A stretch of 64,000 nt of DNA from Candidatus Peregrinibacteria bacterium (GTDB taxonomy: Bacteria; Patescibacteriota; Gracilibacteria; UBA1369): positions 352,001-416,000 of the forward strand of contig OY970195.1 of NCBI GenBank assembly GCA_963708185.1, in the 5' to 3' direction. The position numbers and the translations under genes were made by a program. Below are positions 53,781-62,127 of the stretch, piece after piece. How positions within the stretch are numbered: the first letter of the stretch is position 1; each line of letters begins with the position of its first letter. Below the pieces are notes generated by a model, which was given only the letters and a program-made list of their open reading frames with translations, ran no database searches and was not told the DNA's origin.

Positions 53781-54473
53781 ATGTACGACCTTTCTCCCGC
53801 CCTCCTCAATCTCTATCAAGACTGTGCCCGTTGTTTTTGGGTTGAAATACACGAAAACGTCAAACGCCCCTCTGGTTCGACCAAGACCCTCCCCAGTGGG
53901 ATGAACTTGGCATTTAAAAAGTATGCAGATTCTTACCGATCTAAAGGTACGCTCCCTCCCGAGCTTCAGAGGCAGATTGACGGGGTATTCCTTCCCGACC
54001 AGAAGCTCATTGATACCTGGAGAGACATGCATAAAGGGTTTACGTTTCAAGATAAAGAACTTGGAGTTGTTTTGCGCGGGGTTCTAGATGAGTGCATCGT
54101 TAAGAGTGAAGATGGGAAGCAACTGTATGTGCCGCTTGATTTTAAGACCCGCGGTTTTGAAAATTCGGAAGAAAATCACGATACCCATGCGCAACTGAAG
54201 CTCGATTGTTATGAGTTACTGTTGCAGGAAAATAAGTACATGACAAGCAGTACGGGATATCTCGTCTATTACGTTCCCGAGGAAGTTGAAGAAAACGGAG
54301 TGGTAAAATTCAATGTTCAGGTCATACAACTTGTCACCGACGGAAAAAGAATCATGAATCTTTTAGAAGAGGTGGTTCATGTCCTTGAAGGCAAGATGCC
54401 GAAAGCGGGCGGAGACTGTGAGTACTGTGCCTGGGGTGATCTTGGTGCAAGTATGAAAAGATCAACGGTGTAA
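53781..54473 (+). CDS. PD-(D/E)XK (RecB/Cas4-like) nuclease family protein
   Basis: LSP..LYQDCARCFW, GVLDE, LDFKT, LDCY and CEYC. Confidence 0.75.
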   Translation: MYDLSPALLNLYQDCARCFWVEIHENVKRPSGSTKTLPSGMNLAFKKYADSYRSKGTLPPELQRQIDGVFLPDQKLIDTWRDMHKGFTFQDKELGVVLRGVLDECIVKSEDGKQLYVPLDFKTRGFENSEENHDTHAQLKLDCYELLLQENKYMTSSTGYLVYYVPEEVEENGVVKFNVQVIQLVTDGKRIMNLLEEVVHVLEGKMPKAGGDCEYCAWGDLGASMKRSTV

Positions 54474-54532
54474 GCTCGTTCATTTTTTCAAAGAGTGTGG
54501 TAAGATTGTGGCGATTTCGTCATATTTTCATT

Positions 54533-55051
54533 ATGAACTCTTTCCATCGTCTTCAAGCAGTTTTGTTTGTACTTCCTGCAGTGGTTTTGTTGACTGCGTG
54601 CAGTTCCAATACTACCGGACAGCAAAATCCAGTCGCTCAGACCCAGCAGGGCATTCAGGTGGGTTTGAATGTTTATAATTCGGACAATCCGACCGAACAG
54701 CCAGTGCCAGCGACCCAGCAGATGACTCAGAATTTGAATGTTACGGTCATGTCTCCGAACCTTTCCGAGCCGCTTCCGAGTCCGGTGGAAATCCACGGGT
54801 CGGTCAGCGGGGTCTTTTTCTCGGAGGGTGTTTTTCCGGTGATCCTGCAGGACAGCAAAGGCAACGAAATTGCCCGTACTCTTGCGCATGCCGACGGTGA
54901 GTGGATGACCGAAGACGTTGTTCCCTTTACGGCGGACCTGACCTTTACCGCTCCGGCGGATAAGGCCGCCAAACTGATTTTCCAGAAAGACAACCCTTCC
55001 GGATTGCCCCAGAATGATCATTCGCAGTCCTTTGACGTAACCTTGAAATAA
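54533..55051 (+). CDS. Lipoprotein with Gmad2-like Ig domain
   Basis: Lipobox LTAC; FSEGVFPVIL, WMTEDVVPF, KDNPSGLP. Confidence 0.8.
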   Translation: MNSFHRLQAVLFVLPAVVLLTACSSNTTGQQNPVAQTQQGIQVGLNVYNSDNPTEQPVPATQQMTQNLNVTVMSPNLSEPLPSPVEIHGSVSGVFFSEGVFPVILQDSKGNEIARTLAHADGEWMTEDVVPFTADLTFTAPADKAAKLIFQKDNPSGLPQNDHSQSFDVTLK

Positions 55052-55056
55052 ACAGC

Positions 55057-56133
55057 ATGAATAAGGGGATCTGGAAAACTCTCACCATCATTGGTTTCGT
55101 CCTGGCGATCGTCGCGGTCGGTATGATCGTCGTTTCACGCTTCGCATTTTTATGGAATGCAGGAAGTATGGCTGGAAATAACGATCGGATGTTGCCTCAA
55201 AGCCAGGAGGTTGCTTTTTCGGATACCCAGAGTTCAACTGAAGAGAATACCGCGATGTCCGCGACGGAGAAAAACAATCTTTCCCGTCTGCAACAGGGAT
55301 GTTTCAGCGGTAATGACTGCGTCCCTTCGATCGACGAGCCGAAATTTGTGAGCGTCAAACAGGCCAAGTTCATGAACGCCGATGATCTTGTCGTGGGGGT
55401 GGCTTTTGACGGTTGGCAGAACGATGACGATCCTGTGAAGGCCTACCCCCTTAAGATTTTGAACTGGCACGAGGTGATCAATGATTTCCTCAATGAAATT
55501 CCTCTTGTCGTAACATATTCACCGTTGACGATGAGTCCCCGCGTCTACGAAAGAACCTTCGATGGTAAGGCCGTGGAGTTCGGCGTCTCCGATAAAATCC
55601 TTAACAGCGGAGTGGTCTTGTATGATCGCGACAGCAAAACCCTGTGGAACCAATTTGACGGGATGGCTTTGGCGGGTACGAAAACAGGAGGACATCTCGT
55701 TTCTTATCCTTTACAACTGGTTACCTGGGGAGAATGGATCAAGGAATATCCTTCGACCGTGGTTCTTTCCGAGGATACTGGCGTTGACCGTCCCTACGAT
55801 CAATATCCCTACAATGATTATCAGGAAAGCAGTGATGTTTATTATTCGCTTGAACACAGCGATAACCGTCTGGATCCAAAAGACGTTGTTTACGCCGTTA
55901 CGGTCGGTGATCAACGGAGGATGTATCCCGAAAAAGAGCTCCAGAAAACTCTGCCGGCCGGAGGAGGTTTTGATGACCAGTTTGCCGGAGTACATGTAAA
56001 GATCAGCTACGCTAAAAAGAGATTCAGTGCCGTGAATACTGACACCGGAAAAGATATCCCGTTCGAGATTTCCTATTATTTTGCCGAGGAAGCTTTTTAT
56101 CCGGGGAGTGATATCTATCGCGCAGGAACCTGA
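55057..56133 (+). CDS. DUF3179 family protein
   Basis: PSIDEPKF, KAYPLKILNWHEVIND, YDRDSKTLWNQ; N-terminal TM. Confidence 0.8.
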   Translation: MNKGIWKTLTIIGFVLAIVAVGMIVVSRFAFLWNAGSMAGNNDRMLPQSQEVAFSDTQSSTEENTAMSATEKNNLSRLQQGCFSGNDCVPSIDEPKFVSVKQAKFMNADDLVVGVAFDGWQNDDDPVKAYPLKILNWHEVINDFLNEIPLVVTYSPLTMSPRVYERTFDGKAVEFGVSDKILNSGVVLYDRDSKTLWNQFDGMALAGTKTGGHLVSYPLQLVTWGEWIKEYPSTVVLSEDTGVDRPYDQYPYNDYQESSDVYYSLEHSDNRLDPKDVVYAVTVGDQRRMYPEKELQKTLPAGGGFDDQFAGVHVKISYAKKRFSAVNTDTGKDIPFEISYYFAEEAFYPGSDIYRAGT

Positions 56134-56135
56134 GT

Positions 56136-57440
56136 TCAGACGAAGATCATTTCATCACGACCTACGCCGGTCCCGATGAAATCGATGCTACAGCCCAGGA
56201 GTTCCTCGATTTTTTTTACGTAATTCCGCGCGTGCTGGGGCAGGTCTTTGAAGGATTTGGCGTTTTTAATTGAGGTCTTCCATCCGGGGAAGCTCGATGT
56301 ATTCGACTTCGATTTCGGCGAGCACGTCGGCCGATGCGGGGAAGCTTTCGAGCTTCTTGCCTTTATGGAAATAAGCGACGGCGATTTTGAGCGAATCCAT
56401 TTCATCCAGGACGTCGAGTTTGGTGAGGTTCACACTGTCCATGCCGTTAATCATCACGGAATATTTTGAGGCGACGGCGTCGAACCAACCGCAGCGGCGC
56501 GGGCGACCCGTCGTGGAACCGAACTCTCCTCCCGTTTTGCGGATTTTTTCTCCGAGTTCATTGTCCAGTTCGGTGGGGAAGGGCCCGCGCCGACACGGGT
56601 TGAATAAGCCTTCATGATACCGATGATTGAACTGAGTTTTGTGGCGCCGACGCCTGACCCGGCGATGATTCCGCCGATGGAAGCGTTGGATGAGGTCACG
56701 AAAGGGTATGTGCCGTGGTCGACGTCGAGCAGCGTGGCATTGGCTCCTTCCATGAGGATTTTTTTGCCGGAAACGATGGCTTTGTTGACAAGTAAAGCGG
56801 TATCCGCAATGTAAGGTTTGATTTCGCCGACGATATCGCGGTACAGGTTCAGTTCGGCTTCAACGTCAAAAATGAAGTCGTACGTCTTTTGGAGCATGGA
56901 GACGTTCTCTCTCATGTGTTCCTCGAATTTATGGAAATCCAGAAGTTCGTTCACGCGGATGCCGATGCGGGAGATCTTGTCGGTATAGGCGGGGCCGATG
57001 CCTCTTCTCGTGGTGCCGACCTTTTTCTTCCCTTTGCGTTCTTCCTGGATCCCGTCGATTATTTTGTGGTATTCAAAGATAAGATGCGCCCGGTCGGAGA
57101 TAAAAACTCTCCCCTGGACGTCAATACCTCCTTGTTTCAGTACTTTGACCTCTTCAAGGAATGTCGGGAGATGGACAACGCATCCGTTCCCGATGACGTT
57201 CATGGTGTCAGGATACAAAGCTCCCGACGGCATCAAATGAAAAATGTATTTTTTGTATTCGTCCGGTTTGGAAGGGTCTTTGACGTAGACGGTGTGGCCG
57301 GCGTTCGCCCCTCCGGTGGCGCGGACCACGAAGTCATACTCTTCGGCCATAATATCGACGAGTTTTCCTTTTCCTTCGTCACCCCATTGACCGCCGACAA
57401 TTGCGCATACATTCCCGTGTTTTTGAAGATAATCAGCCAT
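56136..57440 (-). CDS. purA: Adenylosuccinate synthetase, with two single-base frameshifts (near 56582 and 56288)
   Basis: [28 protein letters not shown]; C-terminal [10 protein letters not shown] and LPGW..ARNYV parts lie in other frames. Confidence 0.93.
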
Positions 57441-57577
57441 GGAGTGTGAATTTTAAGAGTATGGACGCATGAACATTATCATGTCCTTGTTCGAAAAAAA
57501 AGTTTTTCAAAAGCAGGTTTGAAATGGTCCCTGAGCTATGGTAAATTTCGGGTGTTTTATAAGCTTATCTTAAAGAT

Positions 57578-58543
57578 ATGATTGATCAGAGAGATCTTAT
57601 CGCCCAGATTCCCAGCTGTTTGGACAAAACGGATTTCCCGCAACTTGGTGAGAAATATGAAGGCAAGGTTCGTGACAATTATATTAAGGGTGATCGACGT
57701 GTTTTGATTGCGAGCGATCGTCTTTCGGCGTTTGATAAGGTCATCTGTACCATTCCCTTCAAGGGACAGGTTTTAACGCAAATGGCGAAATTTTGGTTTG
57801 AGCATACCCACGACATTATCGGCAATCACGTCATGGAGTACCCGGATCCTAACGTTCTCGTCGCCAAACAATGTAAACCTTTACCGATCGAAATGGTTGT
57901 CAGAGGATATATCACGGGAGTCACCTCGACGAGCGCCTGGTATAACTATGAAAAAGGTGTCCGTGATTTTTGCGGCAACATTTTACCCGACGGGCTGAAG
58001 AAGAATCAGAAGTTTGACAAGCCCATTCTTACTCCTTCGACAAAAGCGGAGCACGGTGACCACGACGAGTCGGTTTCCCGTGAGGAAATCCTTAAGCGCA
58101 CTACGCTTACCCCCGAGCAGTACGACAAGATCGCCGAGGCTTCATTGAAGCTTTACCAACGTGGCGTCGAGATCGCCGCGAAGCAGGGGATTATTCTTGT
58201 TGATACCAAATATGAGTTCGGGACGACTCCTGAAGGCGAGATCGTCGTGATCGACGAGATCCATACTCCCGACTCTTCACGTTTCTGGTTCGCCAACGAA
58301 TACGATAAACGTTTCGCTGCCGGCGAAGAACAGAAGAAAATCGATAAAGAGTACCTGCGTGAATGGCTTGCCGAGCACGGTTTCCGCGGTGACGGCGAGG
58401 TTCCTCATATTCCTGATGAAATCAGAGCGGAAACGGCCCGACGCTATATTGAAGCTTTTGAGCTTATTACCGGCCAGACTTTCCAGGCTGAAGTCGGATC
58501 GGTCATTGACCGAATCACCAAGAATATTCAACAATACATGTAA
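57578..58543 (+). CDS. purC: SAICAR synthetase
   Basis: GKVRD, SDRLSAFD, TPSTKA, DTKYEFG, DEIHTPDSSRFW. Confidence 0.96.
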   Translation: MIDQRDLIAQIPSCLDKTDFPQLGEKYEGKVRDNYIKGDRRVLIASDRLSAFDKVICTIPFKGQVLTQMAKFWFEHTHDIIGNHVMEYPDPNVLVAKQCKPLPIEMVVRGYITGVTSTSAWYNYEKGVRDFCGNILPDGLKKNQKFDKPILTPSTKAEHGDHDESVSREEILKRTTLTPEQYDKIAEASLKLYQRGVEIAAKQGIILVDTKYEFGTTPEGEIVVIDEIHTPDSSRFWFANEYDKRFAAGEEQKKIDKEYLREWLAEHGFRGDGEVPHIPDEIRAETARRYIEAFELITGQTFQAEVGSVIDRITKNIQQYM

Positions 58544-58596
58544 CGGATCGTGCCGTTGTTGCCTTTTACTTATCTCTACTCTCTCAATTTCCAATT

Positions 58597-59064
58597 ATGG
58601 CAGACACAATGATTGTTCCACTCCTTCTCGGTTCCGAAAAAGACAGAGACTGGGCCAAGAAAATTACCGATGGTCTCGATGAATGGAATATTCCCCATAA
58701 AGTGATCGTGGTATCGGCTCACAAAGTTCCCGAACTTCTGATCAAGGTTATTGCGGAGTATAACGGTTTTGACGGTCAAGTTTGCTATGTGACCATTGCG
58801 GGTCGTTCCAACGGTCTTTCCGGTTGCACGGCGGGTTCATCGTATCATCCTGTGATCGCTTGTCCTCCCTTCGCGGATAAGGATGACATGATGGTCAATA
58901 TCAACTCAACTCTGCAGATGCCTTCGGATACGCCCGTGTTGACCGTTCTTGATCCCGTGAACGTGGTCATGAACATCGTGAGAATTTTTGCTCTCGGCAA
59001 TCCTGAACTTCGTAAAAAATATGAAGAGCACGTTCAGAAGGTAAAAGCCTCTTTCAAAATTTAA
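58597..59064 (+). CDS. purE: AIR carboxylase PurE, class II-like
   Basis: GSEKD, SAHK, AGRSNGLSG, PVIACPP, STLQMPS. Confidence 0.9.
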   Translation: MADTMIVPLLLGSEKDRDWAKKITDGLDEWNIPHKVIVVSAHKVPELLIKVIAEYNGFDGQVCYVTIAGRSNGLSGCTAGSSYHPVIACPPFADKDDMMVNINSTLQMPSDTPVLTVLDPVNVVMNIVRIFALGNPELRKKYEEHVQKVKASFKI

Positions 59065-59082
59065 TTTTTTTCCCACGACCGC

Positions 59083-60459
59083 ATGCGAGACCCCATGTAT
59101 AATATTTCTCCCCTGGATGGGCGTTATGACAAAAAAGTCGAGGGGTTACGCCAGTATTTTTCGGAAGCAGCTCTCATAAGATACCGTATCTATGTGGAAA
59201 TCGAGTGGTTTCTTTTTTTATGTAATGGCCTGAAGCTTACGGGAACGAAAGAGTGGAAGCTAAAGGAAATTAAACAACTTCGTTCAATATACGAATTTTT
59301 CGACGCAACGGCCGCCAATAGGGTCAAAGAGATCGAAAAAACCACCAATCATGATGTCAAAGCTGTTGAGTACTATATAAAGGAGAGCCTGAAAGGGTCT
59401 TCTTTTGAACCATACTTTGAATTTATCCATTTTGCCTGCACTTCCGAGGACATCAATAATCTTTCTTACGCCCTCATGATTAGGGACGGTTTGCTGGGAG
59501 AAGTTATTCCATCGTTTACTGGAGTTTTGCAAGTTCTGGCAAGTCTTGCGTTGAAATATAAAAGTGTTGCAATGATGGCCCGGACACACGGTCAACCGGC
59601 TACACCTACAACACTTGGGAAGGAGTTCGTCAACGTGCTGGCGAGACTTCATGACCAGCTGGAAAGTTTAACGATGGTCAGGATTTTAGGAAAAATCAAT
59701 GGTGCCGTTGGAAATTTTAATGCTCATGTTGTGGCTTACCCAAAAATAAACTGGATTGAGGCGAGCAAAAAATTTATTCACACTTTAGGGCTTGAACCGA
59801 ACTTTTATACCACCCAAATTGAACCCCATGACTACGTTGCTGAACTGTTCGATGCCATGCGCCGAATGAACACAATCCTTTTGGATTTGAACAGGGATGT
59901 CTGGACCTATATCAGTCTTGGTTATTTCAAACAAAAGCTGAAAGCAGGGGAGGTTGGTTCCTCTACGATGCCCCATAAAGTTAATCCCATTGATTTTGAA
60001 AACAGTGAAGGAAACCTGGGGATGGCAAACGCTTTATTCGGATACTTTTCCGAAAAGCTCCCGGTTTCAAGGATGCAGCGTGATCTCACAGATTCGACAA
60101 CCTTACGAAACATAGGTTCTGCATTTGCCTATTCTGTCCTTGCGTATAAAAATTGTATACAAGGTTTGCAAAAATTGGAATTAAATAAAAAGAACATAAG
60201 TGCCGACCTTGATCAAGCATGGGAATTGTTGGCTGAACCTATTCAGACGATGATGCGAAAATATAAGATTGAGAAACCTTATGAAAAGTTAAAAGAACGT
60301 ACAAGGGGCAAGGTTGTCAATCGGCAAACCATCAGAAAATTTATCGATTCTTTAAAAATTCCCGCGGTGGAGAAAAAGAGGTTGAAAATGTTGACGCCTT
60401 CCAAGTATATTGGGCTGGCTACTGAACTTGTTGACGCTTACCCTTATGATTCTCTCTGA
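59083..60459 (+). CDS. purB: Adenylosuccinate lyase
   Basis: ISPLDGRY, TNHDVKAVEY, RTHGQPATP, GSSTMPHKVNPIDFENSEGN. Confidence 0.97.
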   Translation: MRDPMYNISPLDGRYDKKVEGLRQYFSEAALIRYRIYVEIEWFLFLCNGLKLTGTKEWKLKEIKQLRSIYEFFDATAANRVKEIEKTTNHDVKAVEYYIKESLKGSSFEPYFEFIHFACTSEDINNLSYALMIRDGLLGEVIPSFTGVLQVLASLALKYKSVAMMARTHGQPATPTTLGKEFVNVLARLHDQLESLTMVRILGKINGAVGNFNAHVVAYPKINWIEASKKFIHTLGLEPNFYTTQIEPHDYVAELFDAMRRMNTILLDLNRDVWTYISLGYFKQKLKAGEVGSSTMPHKVNPIDFENSEGNLGMANALFGYFSEKLPVSRMQRDLTDSTTLRNIGSAFAYSVLAYKNCIQGLQKLELNKKNISADLDQAWELLAEPIQTMMRKYKIEKPYEKLKERTRGKVVNRQTIRKFIDSLKIPAVEKKRLKMLTPSKYIGLATELVDAYPYDSL

Positions 60460-61054
60460 CCGCGACATCAAAGCCCGTATGTTCAAGGGCGATATTGTTG
60501 TTGAATCGCCTGATAACGACCACATGGCCAACGTGGGCGCTTCTTCGATGGATCTGCGTCTCGGTAAATATTTCAAGATATACGATCATACTAAATATCC
60601 CGTTCTGGATCCGCTTCAACCGGAAACCTTCAAGAACATTGCCAAACTGATTGAGGTTGACCAGGAACGTGTTCCCTTCATCGTTCAGCCCGGGGAATTC
60701 GTATTGGGAGTCACGCTCGAAAAAATAAAGATCGCAGATGACCTGGTTGCCCGCGTTGAAGGCCGTAGTTCTTTGGGGCGTCTGGGAATAATTATCCATT
60801 CAACGGCAGGATTCGTTGATGCGGGATTTGAAGGCACGATTACTTTGGAGATTACGAACATCAATCGTATGCCCGTTGCTTTATATCCCGGCATGCGTGT
60901 CTGCCAGCTGGCTTTTGAGGAGATGAGTTCGGTAGCTGAGGTCCCTTACCATCAAAAGGGGAGTTCCAAATACCAGGGACAGGTTTATCCTGAAGAAAGT
61001 AAGATCGCCAATGATCCTGAGTTTTTGAAGAAAGTTCTCAAAAAAGCCGTTTGA
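60446..61054 (+). CDS. dcd: dCTP deaminase
   Basis: MILSDRDI, SMDLRLG, EGRSSLGRLG, DAGFEGTITLE, KYQGQ. Confidence 0.95.
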   Translation: MILSDRDIKARMFKGDIVVESPDNDHMANVGASSMDLRLGKYFKIYDHTKYPVLDPLQPETFKNIAKLIEVDQERVPFIVQPGEFVLGVTLEKIKIADDLVARVEGRSSLGRLGIIIHSTAGFVDAGFEGTITLEITNINRMPVALYPGMRVCQLAFEEMSSVAEVPYHQKGSSKYQGQVYPEESKIANDPEFLKKVLKKAV

Positions 61055-61468
61055 TCATTCCTCGTTCTCGTCGGAAGGTTCTTTGTTGATGCGCTCTCGC
61101 ACTTCCTGATTGACGATTTTGTAAATGCCGGTCACTTCAGGTTCATCTTCATCTTTTTCCGTGCGCGTTTTTAGCCTTTTGGCGCTGAGGTTGATTGAGG
61201 ACAGAAATTCGGCGTCGAAGAAGATCAGATCGCTGTCGTCCGGCTCGCGGAGATTTTTTCCGTCAACAATGCGTAAACCTCCGTTGGAGGTGTTTTTATT
61301 GGTGACGGTTTTCATGCCGCCGCAATGCGGAAAATACGCCTCGGTAGTGAACTGAGGGGCGTACATGAAGGCAGTACGGAGAAAATAGTAGAATCCCCCG
61401 TAACGATAAAGATCACTTCCTTCAGGGGTTGAAGAATGATCCTTTCCTTCAAGTTTTTGTATCGGCAT
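61055..61468 (-). CDS. Hypothetical protein
   Basis: 137 aa from ATG 61468; TTAACC element upstream. Confidence 0.6.
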   Translation of the reverse strand: MPIQKLEGKDHSSTPEGSDLYRYGGFYYFLRTAFMYAPQFTTEAYFPHCGGMKTVTNKNTSNGGLRIVDGKNLREPDDSDLIFFDAEFLSSINLSAKRLKTRTEKDEDEPEVTGIYKIVNQEVRERINKEPSDENEE

Positions 61469-61521
61469 AATTGTTTGAGGGTTAACAATTATAAACGTTG
61501 GCCGCAAAATACAATCAAGCT

Positions 61522-61959
61522 TCAGCCCGTTTTTTTACCGTCCGTTGTTCCGTTGAGAGTTTTGGTGATGTCTGAGGATATTTCGCCGCTTACGCTTTTT
61601 ATCCTTACTCCCGTGGTTTCCAGTTCGGGTTCGATGGTTTGAGGTATTTCAATTTTTCGCATTCTCGCTTCTTTTTTTTCAAATCCGAACATCGTGAAAT
61701 CGTCTTCGGAAAAATAGATTTTGGTGTAGCCTTTCAGAACTCTTTTATTGTTTCCATCAATGATTTTGATGTCATCGGTCAGGCCTTCATTGGTGATCTG
61801 AGCCATTCCGATGTTGTCGATGAAGCAGGTGGCCGTAAATCTTTTTCCTATTTTGATACGGAGTTTGAGTGCGAGCACGTCCGTGCCGTACGTGAAAGAA
61901 TCTTCCCGGTTTTCAAGTGGTTGCTGTAAAGCAGACGCTGATGAATGTTCATTGGACAT
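61522..61959 (-). CDS. Hypothetical protein
   Basis: 145-aa ORF; TTAACC element upstream. Confidence 0.6.
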   Translation of the reverse strand: MSNEHSSASALQQPLENREDSFTYGTDVLALKLRIKIGKRFTATCFIDNIGMAQITNEGLTDDIKIIDGNNKRVLKGYTKIYFSEDDFTMFGFEKKEARMRKIEIPQTIEPELETTGVRIKSVSGEISSDITKTLNGTTDGKKTG

Positions 61960-62127
61960 AATTTTTTGGTTAAAAAATTATGACTTTATTTAGGTTTATT
62001 TTGAATTATAGCAAAAATTTATGATTATGCAACTGTCGCATACGAAGAGTTTCAAAATGTGACGGCTATTTTCGCCTTTATTTCTGCGGGAAATTTGGTA
62101 AGATTTAGGGGTCTTATTTTTGAAGTT

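Noticed and set aside
56136-57440. purA as a true pseudogene or programmed frameshift
   Set aside because: Indels sit in short homopolymers, all motifs are intact, there is no slippery heptamer, and similar indels occur in unrelated genes
59083-60459. Horizontal acquisition of purB (looks more AT-rich than purC/purE)
   Set aside because: Impression only, not quantified; no mobility signatures
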